64,000 bases of DNA from Squalus acanthias. Taxonomy: Eukaryota. The notes below the pieces were generated by a model, which was given only the letters and a program-made list of their open reading frames with translations, was not told the DNA's origin and did no database searches. Of this stretch, positions 1-11,235 are shown piece by piece; position 1 is the stretch's first letter; every line of letters starts with the position of its first letter. The DNA lies in assembly GCA_030390025.1 (NCBI GenBank), contig CM059433.1, positions 23,314,001 to 23,378,000 of the forward strand, read 5' to 3'. The position numbers were made by a program, and so were the translations under genes.

Positions 1-98
1 TTTTACTTCTGCTCCTCCTGACCCCACAAGGAAAGTTTAGGCCTCCCCTGTTCCGAGTTCTGCCCCCCCCACCCTCCCCCCATCCTAAACATGAAATC

Positions 99-1460
99 AA
101 CAGCAACAACTACTTGTATTTATATAGCACCTTTAACGCAATAAAAACGTTCCAAGGTGCTTCACAGGAGCGTTATCAGACAAAATTTGACACATAAGGA
201 GATAATGGGCCAAAAATTGATCCCGCTGCGCGAGAGTACGCACTGCGTACTCTCGCGTATTCTCTCTCCAATTGCCGGTTTTCTGCATGCCCTGCGCATG
301 CGCTGAAAACCGGCACTTGGTCTTTGGAAAAGGGGGCGGTTCCTCGGTGCATCGCGTGCGCGCTACAGGCTGCGCGCACGCTGTGCACTTAGTGCTTTGG
401 ACGCGCAGGTAAGGACGGAAGATTTTAGAAATGGAAAAAGGAGGAGTAAGACCCACTTTTAACAAGGTAAGTAGTGAATTAAGTATTTTTTTGAATATTT
501 TTTAACAGGTATATCTTTTTTAGAGACTTTAAAGACAGGTAAGTTTATTTTTATAACTTTTTAAAAGATTTTAAATTTTTTCAAAAATTTAATTTTTTAT
601 TTAAAATGGTTAATTTATTTAACTATACTTATTTTATTAATGTGATGGTTTTTTTTTTAATTTAATTGAGGTTTAGCTGTTATTTTGGGGGGGTGTAAGA
701 TTCATAGCTTTCACAGCACTTATGTGAAACTTATGAATGGAAGATGGTGTGCTGCCATTGGCTCTAACTGAGTCACGTGATCCCACAGCTCGCACGAATT
801 CACTACGCCGGTGGGATACGCAAGCACTGCCCAGCTGATGTCTGGAACATCAAGTTCGTGCGAGCTGGATCTGAAAAAGCCAACGCGGAGTGAGAGATCG
901 CGCCTGCTCCTTACCCCCGCGGGAACAGAGCGAGATCAATTTCTGGGCCATTAGAACAGGCGACTAAAAGCTTGGTCAAAGAGGTAGGTTTAAAGGAGAG
1001 ACTTAAAGAAGCAGAGAGAGCTAGAGAGGTGGAAAGGTTTAGGGAGGGAATTCCAGAGCTGAGGGCCTTGGCAGCTAAAGGCACGGCCGCCAATAGTAAA
1101 GCGATGAAAATCAGGGACGCGCACGGGGCCAGCATTGGAGGAGCGCAGAGATCTCGGAGGGTAGTCGGGCTGGAGGAGGTTACAGAGATAGGGAGGGTCG
1201 AGGCCATGGCTGGATTTGAAAACAAGTTATGTGAATTTTAAAATCAAAGCGTTGCCGGACCAGGTCCCAGTGTAGGTCAGCAAGCATAGGGGTGATGGGT
1301 GAACGGGACTTGGTGCGAGTTAGGATACGGGCAGCAGAGTTTTGGATGAGCTCAAGTTTACGGAAAATGGGAGGCCGGCCAGGAGAGCATTAGAATAGTC
1401 GAGTCTGGAGGTAACAAAGGCGTGGATGAGGGTTACAGCAGCAGATGAGCTGAGGCAGGG
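99..1460 (-). mobile_element. L2-clade LINE 3' fragment, interrupted by a MITE
   Basis: Reverse-oriented (CAA)n-like tail followed by ttgtatttatatagcacc. The body closely resembles the L2 copies at 20690-21128 and 32905-33635. Confidence 0.75.
207..949. mobile_element. Harbinger-type MITE inserted in L2
   Basis: TIRs GGGCCAAAAATTGATC...GATCAATTTCTGGGCC, flanked by AAT/ATT. The L2 sequence resumes on both sides. Confidence 0.75.
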
Positions 1461-2412
1461 GCCTTGCGAAATTCATTCCACGCGACGTACCTTGTTGCAG
1501 GCAATCGTTCCTTCAATGCTGCTTGCCAGCCAGCTGCCGCCTCCTGCCCATTTCAAGCAGGCAACTCGCCTGTGGTATGCAGATGAAATCTGGGAATTTA
1601 AATCACCCAGGCCTCACGCTGCCGAGGACAAGGGGGTTTGGTGCACACCTTGCCCCCCGACCACCTGATTCCTGCTCCCGGTTAAAATTGGGCCTTAATT
1701 AATTCAAATGGTCAGTGTGCTACTGCATAATGAATAGAGACACATTAGTAGCTTGCACCATTGGGGAATATATTAAATATATTAAAAGCCATTTTCAAAA
1801 TGGCAAGTCAGAAACACAAACAAGGACTTTTAGCTACAAATTACTATTAGATTTCTGGGCAAAAAGTATTTTATGAAAGAAGACTACGATCTAAAAGGAG
1901 GGCAAAATAAATGTAGCAGACAGGAACTTTCTTTAGAGCGAAAGGAAATAAAGGCTACATTTTGCACTAGAAATTTAAACTATAGGAGTTAGGGGGCTAG
2001 AAATTCAGGTCCGTAGCGCCCGATTTTTCGGTGAAGGCGGTAGGGCGGGCGTTAAGAGCGTGCGCCACAAGTATGTAGAGTAGGCAGATCATGACGTCAA
2101 TCAGCGTGCAACGCTGATTTGATGCCAGCGCTGCCATTTTCATCCTCAACGCTGGACCTAACGCCCTTTCTTAACCTCGTGCAGCTGAACATGTGTTCAG
2201 CAGCAGCAAGGACCCCCCCACCAGCGATATTTAAAGGGATCATCAACCACTCTCAGATTAGTTACTGATTAATTTCTACTGGCTCTGTGTAAGCGTGTAG
2301 AAGTGTTTGGAGCTTTCTAGAGTTGTTTAAAGTTGGTGAGGTGACAGGCTGTGGTGTTGCAAGTGGAGAAGCCTTGCTTCAAGGGTTCTGATCAGACCAC
2401 TTGCTCCCAGTC

Positions 2413-3299
2413 ATGGGTGCTCTAGTTGTCATCCCCCTTGGCCTGCAGCATTACAGGGAGATGGAGCAGAGGCAGCAAAGAAGAGGACAAGCTGCTCGCA
2501 GAGGGAGGAGGAGGAGGGGGAGAAGGGCTCTCAGCAGGAGACCTTACCCAGCTAGGGTCTTCCGGGAGCAATTCTCTTACCTCAGCCTGAGCCAGGAGCA
2601 GTGTGTGAGGCGTCTGCGCTTTGCGAAGGAGGTGCTCACAGAACTCTGCCACCTCATGCAGCCTCAGACCAGGGCAAGGACAGCGCTGCCAGAGGCTGTG
2701 AAGGTGACCATGGTCCTGAATTTCCTCGCGTCGGGATCCTTCCAGGCTGGAGCAGGCGACATCTGTAACATCTCCCAGTTCGCCGTCCACTGCTGCATAA
2801 GAGAGGTGACAGACGCTCTTTATGCCAGGAGTGGGGACTTCATTGTCTTCTCTCTGACCCAGAGAGAAGCAGGCAGTGCATGCATGAGGCTTTGCCAGGA
2901 TAGCGGGCTTCCCCAGGGTGCAGGGCGCCATCGACTGCACGCTCGTGGTTTGCGGGCGTCGCATCCACCATGACAAACCAGAGGCTGGCTGCTGGGCGAC
3001 AAGGGCTATCTGCTGACCACCTGGCTCACCCAACCACACGTGGCTGGCATGCGTACAATGAGAGCCATGCTGCCACACGAAACATCATAGAGCAGACCAG
3101 TGGGGTGCTGAAGCAATGGTTCCGCAGCCTGGACCGCTCTGGAGGAGCCCTGCAGCATTCGCCGGAGCATGTGTCTCAATTCATGGTGGTCTGCTGCAGC
3201 CTCCGCAACCTGGCCATCATGAGGGCGCAGCTCTTGCCACCAGGGATACGGCAACCAGCTGAGGAGCAGGAGGAGGAGGAGGAGGAAGAGGAAAAATAG
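2413..3299 (+). pseudogene. Harbinger (HARBI1-like) DDE transposase, frameshifted and internally deleted
   Basis: Motifs VKVTMVLNFLASGSFQ, IDCT (shifted frame), GDKGY (shifted frame) and [25 protein letters not shown] segment is missing near 2970; poly-E tail. Confidence 0.85.
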
Positions 3300-4048
3300 G
3301 AGGAGGAGGAAAAAGAGGAGCAGGAGGAAGGGAAGAGGCAACCAGCACATCCTGTCTCTGGCCGGGCTGTTCGTGATCGCCTCATTCGATTATGGTTCCA
3401 CTGAACACAACCCCAAATCCCCATTGTAGAACAGTCACACACCTTACCATCCCTCTGTTCTGGACCATCACAGTGTCCTCTTGGCCACAGTGCTGAAATA
3501 AAAGCCACCACAAAAGAAACATTCCAAATCAACTTTATACATCAAACCATCCAATATTACATAAGAAAGTCAACTACTCACTCTTCTACATTCCACTAGC
3601 GCCCGTCTTCAGTGTGCCTTTGCCTTTCCTAGTGCTTCTATGAAGTGCTACCCCAGTGGCTGCAGCATGTATGGTGGAAGGCTGCTGACTTTCAGTGGGG
3701 GAGACTGCAGATGGCCTTGCAGGACGACCTTGAGCAGCTCTGGGCCTAAAAGGCCCGGATTTAGGCTGCACCAACTCGGGCTGGGCGGCAGCAGTCTGGG
3801 CTGGCTGGCCGACAGGCAACAGCAAGGACACTGGCGGAGTGGCAGTGGTGGGAGGACGAATGCTGTCATCCTGAGAGAGGACAGTAGGTTTGTGCTCCAC
3901 GGAGCCACTGCCTCTCCCCCGGGGTGGCGCCTCAGCAATCCTAGTACTCTGTTGGAGGACAGATTGATGGACCGCTGTGACACCCTGCAAGACACTTTCC
4001 ACACTGGTAAACACAGCCACGATGGCAGCAAGCTGAGCCTACATGGGA

Positions 4049-5675
4049 TGTAAGACGTGCGGAAATCGCCCCTCGCCCCGTCAAACAATTTCCAAAGTTC
4101 AGACTCGTCGAACAGACAACACAAAACCCAATGGGCTGGATTTTGAAACTGGGGTCGGGTTGGGGTCAGGAATCACACATTCTGGCTTGTGAACCCGCCT
4201 CCATCGAGATGTGGCCAACCCACTGTATTTTCCCTTGATTGACCTTGTTGAGCCCGCCCAGTGGGCTCAGCAGGCCAATTAAGGGCCACCCGGCAACAGG
4301 TGACGTCACAGACTGACATTTCATCTGTCAAGAGCTTTTGACAGATGAAATATCAGCATTTGACAGCTCTGTGAAGCTGTCAAACACTCACAATATGATT
4401 TCTAACTTCAGTCCTTCCTCTCAGGCTGAGTTAGAAATCATTCCACCACAGAAAACAGAAGGCTGCAGTTTTTGACAGAACCACGGCTTTCCTGCTTTCT
4501 GTGCCGGTGAGATTTCTGACTCCCGAGAACTGAAGGGCTGACACCTGCAGGAGGAAGTTAAGGTAAGTAAAACTTTTTCCAACACTTAGCACTTACCTTA
4601 CACACTTACCTCTGCACACATGCACCCATCACTCACCTGCCCACCAGACATATCGACCCCTCCAACCCCTGCAGACCCACGGCCTGACCCGATAACTTGG
4701 CGTGGTTGCCACCTGTCGGGAAACCCACACTTTTCTTTTTAAAATAGGGATTATGCAAAAAACTGCCTGTTAACTACCTGTTAACAGGCAGTTAATTGTC
4801 ACTAATCCCTTCCTGCCTCGGGGAGTCGGGTCTCAGCACAGGTCGGGTACCCGCCGCCAGAGAAACTGGCATGGAGGCGGGTTGGAGGCAGGATGGGGTC
4901 GGGACCCCCGAATCTGCAACTTTAACCTCCCTCCCGGCCTCCAAACCCAACTCCATGGGTTATTGAAAATCCAGCCCAATGAATCTGTGAATACTTCTTT
5001 TACTTAAACATCAGCTAGAGATTACAAGTAATCCGATAGTCTTGTAACTTATAATAATTCCCAATTATACCTCAGCATACACAGAGCTATCCCTTTACTT
5101 TAAACTCAAGCAAAATAAAACCACACACGTACTAACACCAGTGAGTGGTCAATTCGACTGTGACTAGACGTATGATTTCTGGCAACTGACCAGGTCGCCT
5201 CTCCCGACTGCAGCAGTGAGTGTCTTGAAACAGCACCTGTTACACCCCAAAATTTGGCAACCCTCCCACTGCGTACGTGTCCCTAACTATACGGCATAAT
5301 GGTCATGAATTGTTTCTCAGACCCTCTTATCACTAGTCCATTAGGCATCCATGGGCCTTCAAGATTACATTTCAAAGTCTGAAGATGTTTCCACAGTTCA
5401 ATAGTCTGTTCCCACAGGACTCTCAAAGCATGCTTTCCTTATCTTGGTAAAAGGCAGCTGGCAGCCTTTCACAGCTTACAGCCGCAACAGTTCGTTTGAC
5501 AAAGTTCTGTTCTTGCCCAAGGTCGTCTTTATCTGTGAACAGTTTTTCGCACAAAAAGTTCTCACAGGAGCCTCTCAACTTCCCGAAAAATGCTGGTATA
5601 CCAAAATGTGGTCAAGTTTGTTTTCAGTTTTGGTCAAGTTACAGCAATATTTACAGCAAATGGCTTATTCTTACA
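4049..5675. mobile_element. Solo LTR (Gypsy/ERV-like) containing a MITE
   Basis: Termini TGTAAGA...TCTTACA with a 4-bp TSD GGGA (4045-4048 / 5676-5679). It splits the Myb ORF of Harbinger A. Confidence 0.8.
4133..4977. mobile_element. Harbinger-type MITE
   Basis: TIRs GGGCTGGATTTT...AAAATCCAGCCC, perfect AAT TSD, several internal palindromes. Confidence 0.85.
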
Positions 5676-6462
5676 GGGAGCAGTCTGAGCTTCCATGACA
5701 GAAGTCTGAGCTTCCACTGCAGCACTCAGATGTTGGGTGGCTTCTGCTTGTGCTGCAATGGAAGCTGAGACATCGGCCATCGGACACTGCATGATAGTTG
5801 GGTCCACAAGTGCGCTAATGGAGTTGGCCATCACTTCCATGCTGGAAAGGATGGATTCCAAGCTCTGCGCAAAGCCTTGTGCAAGGTTGGTGCCGGACTC
5901 CTCCATGCTCCTTGACATTGCATTCAGGCTTTCTGGCAGGCCTACCAATGCACCAAGCATTTCATTGCACGTACCGATTAGCGTTCTTCTGTAGGCCGCC
6001 CCATCGAAGTCCTCATCTGCGTCCTCTGCTGCAGAACTCGTGTGCGACCTCGCCCTCCTGGGAGCTGGCACCTGCGCTACCCTTTCCCCCTGACCTAGCT
6101 GCAGTCCACTCGTGCCCGGTGTCTCACAATGTGCAGATCCCGCATATAACCTATCCTCTAAAGTACGCGGAGTGTCAGTATCTGAGCTGGTGGCTGAGTA
6201 TGTGAAATGGAGTGATGGTGCTGTGTCTTCTGCATCAATGCCTTCTTCCTCTTCCATTTCCTGCTCCACCACCAGTGCCTGGCCAGGTGGCAGTTCTTGG
6301 CTATCTGAAAGGAGAAAGGCTCAAGGGTAAAGTTGCGGTCAGGGTGGGGTGGGGGGGTGGCGGAAGCAAGAGGTGCATGCTTACACCATGTGCACCTTGT
6401 AAATCAGAAGAGATTGTGCAATGATGGGGAAGTGGGATGTGAGAAGGAGGTTTAGGTATAAG

Positions 6463-6550
6463 GAACATAAGAACATAAGAAATAGAAGCAGGAGTAGACC
6501 AATCGGCCCCTCGAGCCTGCTCCGTCATTCAATGAGATCATGGCTGATCC
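6463..6550 (-). mobile_element. CR1 3' tail fragment
   Basis: Reverse-oriented (TTCTTATG)n tail and a 3' UTR similar to other CR1 copies in the window. Confidence 0.7.
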
Positions 6551-8033
6551 GTCATCTTAATTTCTTTCAGCCCCGCTGCTGGCCGCAGGCTCAGCGATGG
6601 CCCTCCCAATAATGGCCAACACCATCTCCTAGATCGGGGTAAGGTTATGCAGGTGGGCCTGTGCCCCTTTGGGTAGCCCCTGCTGCCTTCAGTTGTGAGC
6701 CACCTTGTCCTGCAAGAGAAGGTGAAGTGTGTCACTGAGTGTGCTGCAGTGTATTTGGGTGATGTACCTGTCATGGTTGAATAGTTGATAGTGTGTGCAG
6801 GCTGTGAGATGTGGGGTGGGAGGCTTACAGCAGTGCTAAGTGTGTGAGGGTGAGGTGAAGCTATGAATGTGATGTATGAGTCATGTTTGGTAGAGAATGT
6901 TGGTAGGTGAGTGATGGGGATGTGGTGCATTGAGCAGTATGTGAGGCTTGTGATGCAGATGGTGGAATATGGTATTTGAAGATGAATTCACTGACCTTGA
7001 TCACTTGTGTGAGGTCACGTGTGAGGTCATTAAACTTCTTCTTGCACTGCATCCAGGTTCTCGGGGCTATACTGCTGGCATTGACCACAACAGCTATCTG
7101 CTCCCATTGCCTTTTCTGAATTTGCCTGGAAGGCTTCCTGGTCCCCTGTGAAAACAGGACCTCTCTCCTCCTATCCACCTCCTACACCAAAGCCACCAGT
7201 ATCACATCCGAGAACCTTGGAGCATGCTCTCTCTCCTGTTGTGCCATCAGTACTATTTCTGCCTGCTAACACTCTATTCCCTAGCCAGTTGAATCACCTA
7301 CTGCAGCCAGAATGCACCTCCCCTTTAAGAGGTGCAGACTACCTTTAAGCAGTGCAGGCTAGCTTTAATTGGTGCTAGCCTCACATGATCTTGGGCCCCC
7401 TGCTGATCATGCAGCCACTCAGCAGTACATTCAGCACTGGGCTGCATGCCACAATCATGGTAATCAGCAGGCAGCATGAAGTTGGCGTGCTGCCTGCATT
7501 ACTTTGAACAGGCACGGGTTGATCCCACATTGCGATCCCCGTGCCTGTTTTTGGGGGCAATTGAATTTCTAGCCCTGGCTCGTTTCTTAAAACTTTTAAC
7601 TTAGTCCATATTGGGAAAACCATTACGAACTCAAAATCAGGCTGTTGAAGCAATTATCAAATGAGGAGAAGCAAGTTTGGGATTGCTATTGTCACCCTTA
7701 CATAAATTCTACAACACTTTTCATGATCTAAGCAACCAATAGAATACGTTCGATCTAATGCACACCCTGAGGCTGCATTTTTCACTATATTCCATTGCAG
7801 TCTTCTTGGTCGTATTCTCCCTGTTTCTTTGAAGTGATATAAAATGTTAAATGCGTAGGTTAAAAATAAATTATGTTTTGACAAAGTTTCCGGCTTTACT
7901 CTAGTCTACAAAGCTTAAGCTTCTATAATCTTTCCTGATAGGCCATCCATGCTACATTTGGTGTTGTTCTTTCTATCCTTTCTAAATGTAGTTATATCTT
8001 TTTTGTAGAGTGATGAAAGAAACTGAACACAAT

Positions 8034-8543
8034 AGGGGAAAAATTTGGTTGCTTTGCGCCTCCCACTAGTGCCCTAAGAGGGCGCTAACGGGGCGCACAG
8101 CAACTAGCGCCCGGGCGTGGCACCGCTAACGCCTCCCGCGAAATTCAACGGGAGGTTAGCGGTGGCGGTAACCGTTAGCGCCCTGCGGCGCTGCGCCGCC
8201 GGCGATGACGTCATCGCCATGCGCAGCGCCCCGCTCGTGCTCCGGCCGCGACCTTCAGTAGCGCCCCTTGACTTACCACTGGACGTTATGTCCAACGGGG
8301 TCAGGGGGGCCTACCTGCGGCCAGGGCGGTGCAATTTAAAGGCGAGGTGCCGGGCGGCCACGTAGCGCCGCGATATTCCCTCGCAGCACCCCAAGAGGGA
8401 GGCGGGGCACTTCTAGTAGAGCCCCGCTTCCCTCTTGGGCTGCTACCACTCAATTACGGCCGCGGGGACACTAATTTTTCTGGGAAAAGTAGTGTCCCGG
8501 CGAAGTTAGCGCCCCAAAGGGGGCGCGACTCAATTTTTCCCCC
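8034..8543. mobile_element. GC-rich Harbinger-type MITE
   Basis: TIRs GGGGAAAAATT...AATTTTTCCCC with AAT/ATT flanks. Same family as 9663-10397 and 28161-29016. Confidence 0.75.
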
Positions 8544-8546
8544 ATT

Positions 8547-8947
8547 GGGCCTAAATTTCCTCGATCCAATTTATGGCAAAATGACACCGAAATTTATACC
8601 GGTTTCAACGCTGATCTTGTCAACAGCAGTTTACACTGAAATTGCCTGAGAATCTCTTAAAAACCGGTGTAAAACGAATGGAAAACAGTGTAAACAATTG
8701 GGGCCCCGGGAAAGCGTGGAACATACACCATCTGTCTGCTTTAAGTTCTTCTTTATCTTATTGATGTTATGAAGTCATCAAACCATCATGTAACAGATTC
8801 TGATGCCATGAAAAAGATGTTTAAAATGTAGTTCCGTTCTCAGTGAGAGGAAATAAAAAAAATCTCTAAATAAAATTGCTGTAAAACACCAGAAACACTG
8901 ACTTTGCTTCTTGCTGCACCTAAAATTTTGGGTGTAAATTTAGGCCC
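8547..8947. mobile_element. Harbinger-type MITE abutting the previous MITE
   Basis: TIRs GGGCCTAAATTT...AAATTTAGGCCC, perfect ATT TSD. Confidence 0.8.
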
Positions 8948-9662
8948 ATTTAAAATTAGTTTACAGGCGGGAATACTTGTGTTCTCTGGTTTTTCGCATG
9001 GAGGCGGGGCTATGTTAAGCAGCTAAATGGGGTTTTGCTGGTCACAACTCGGGAACAGCGCAAATACAAATTTGCACTTAGTGATGTTTTGGCGTAAAAC
9101 CAATATAAATCTGTCAACTTTCCGCCGAAGAAACAGCACAACTCCACATTTACGCTGTGGTTACGCTGAAACTTTCCAAGAAATTCCAGGTCATTTTTAC
9201 AAGTGTGGTTTGAGCAGATCATTGTAAAGCTCTAGCATAACTTTTGTAGCCTTTTATTCTGATGTTCTGGCTGCACACCCAAGCATTCTATTAACTATTT
9301 TAATTGTTTTGGCACATTGTCTGGACATTGAAAGGGATATGTTTACTTTTACTAAGTCTCCCCTTGTTAATTCAATTCCATTCATTGTATGCTTATGATC
9401 CAATTAATGTGCAGTTCTTTATGGGGTAGATTTTTGTCCTGACCACGTAGGCATTAAGCATCGCCAGGTTGAAATTGAGGGAGGGAAAGCTAGGTGGCTT
9501 CTGTTACCGGCATGCGGCCCTCCATGCCAGAGTTTCCTTTCTGCACCCTGTCCAAGTGATGATTAAATGCCAATGTGTTAAAGATTACCTCCCCTGGCTA
9601 AATTTAGCTTTTCACTTTTTTGTCCAATTGCAAAAACAATTTAAATCTAAAAGTGCATTATG

Positions 9663-10397
9663 GGGGAGAAATTCATTATCGCCCCGTTTGGGGGCGGTAA
9701 CTTTTGAAAGCTGGGAAACTCAGCGACAGGAGCTAATGTTTCCCCGCTTTCATAAAATTGCGTTTAGAGCTCCAGGGAGGAATTGGAGCGCTAAATCAAG
9801 TGCCCCACTTCCTTCCTGGAGCGCTAAAGGACGCAGGCAGGGCGGGACGTGTGCAGCGCTGCCGTGTTCCGAGGCTCCTTCCCTCCTTTAAAGGGAAGGG
9901 CCATCGCTGCAGGCTCTGCATTGGGACCAGTCAGCTGGTCCCTGACGGCAGCCACGATCCGGCCCGATCAGCCCCATGCACTCCAGCAGAGTGCCGGGCT
10001 GATTTATCGTGACCCAGGAGAATTGAAAAAAATTGCAAATTTTTTTTTAGAAATTTTGCTACTAACCTCGGCAACTTCCCCATTAACTTCCACCCCCGAA
10101 GCGCCCAGCCTCCCGAACAACGCCTCCTGCAGCTGTAGGTGTTTTCGCCCTGCGATGCTGCAGGGGGTGGAACCGAAGTTCGGGTCCGGGGCGCTACAGG
10201 GGCGATGCGCATGGCAATGGCATCATGATTTCCAGGCGCAGGACATCGTGGTGCAAAATCTTGCCGCAGCCGCAAACGTCCCAGCCAAGTTAGCAGGAGT
10301 CGTTCATCTCGCCGCGCCTGGGCGGTAAGTTGCTAGCGCCCCATTATCGCCCCCCAGGGGCGCTAACGGGAGGCACTAACCCACCAAATTTCTCCCT
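9663..10397. mobile_element. GC-rich Harbinger-type MITE
   Basis: TIRs GGGGAGAAATT...AATTTCTCCCT, probable ATG TSD. Confidence 0.75.
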
Positions 10398-10399
10398 AT

Positions 10400-11235
10400 G
10401 TGTTTCTACTACTTTTCCATGTTTAGTGACGTCAACAAAATTTGACAAACTTACAGGTAGGTTTGCATTCAGGTAGTTTGCATAGATTAGCAATAATAAG
10501 AGTAAAGTCAATGAGCCCTGTTGGACTCCACTCGATACTTCTCCCACTCTCAGATTGAAGTTTTGCCTGTCCTGAGTCCTTTCTGGTTTCTGTTTTGACC
10601 AGCTTCTTAATACATCTCATGTTCTATCCTAGGTTCCATTGGCTTTTAGTTTAATTAGAAATCTTTCATGGGGATCTTTGTCAAATAACTTTCTGAAATT
10701 TTTAGAATCATAGAATAGCACAGAAGAAGGCCATTCGGTCCATCATGCCTGTGCCGGCTCCTTGAAAGAACTATCCAATTAGTTCCACTCCCCTGCCCTT
10801 TCCCCATAGCCATGCAAACGTTTCCTTTTTACGTATAGATCTAATTCCCTTTTGAAAGTTACTATTGAATCTGCTTCTATCACCCTTTCAGGCAGTGCAT
10901 TCCAGATCATAATAACTCGCTGCATAAGAAAAAATTATCCTCATCTCGCCTCTGGTTCTTTTGCCAATTATCTTACATCTGTGTCCTCTGGTTACCAACC
11001 CTTTAAAAAAATATTTTAATGAAATATTTATATTATAGGGAGTGCTGCTATCCTCATTATCTCTAACCTTCTCAAAGAGGTCAAGGAGGTTTGTTAGGCA
11101 AGATCTTTCCCTTCAAACTCTGTGCCATCGTTTCTTGAGATCTGCTATACGGCCATTCCTCCAGTCTGCCCTTTATAATAGATTCCATGATGTTGGCTGT
11201 TATTGTTGCTTGGCTCATGGACCTATAAATGCTTG
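10400..11235 (-). mobile_element. Old CR1 RT fragment with a younger CR1 3' end nested at ~10704-11005
   Basis: Degenerate SGVQQGS...FVDVTKHG (GVPQGS/FADDTKLG) motifs; nested CR1 3' UTR and tail. Confidence 0.65.

Larger units (their letters stand above)
3586..7247 (-). pseudogene. Spliced Myb/SANT-like (trihelix) Harbinger ORF2, degenerate
   Basis: Exon 1 reads PRFSD...WEQIAVVVNA...RTWMQCKKKFNDL followed by GTGAGT. Later exons are acidic and coiled-coil, ending ...ALHRSTRKGK. Interrupted by a solo LTR and a CR1 tail. Confidence 0.8.
1994..7575 (+). mobile_element. Harbinger DNA transposon A (disabled autonomous copy with nested insertions)
   Basis: 14-bp TIRs GGGCTAGAAATTCA / TGAATTTCTAGCCC enclose convergent transposase and Myb/SANT remnants. 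No clean TSD. Confidence 0.85.
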
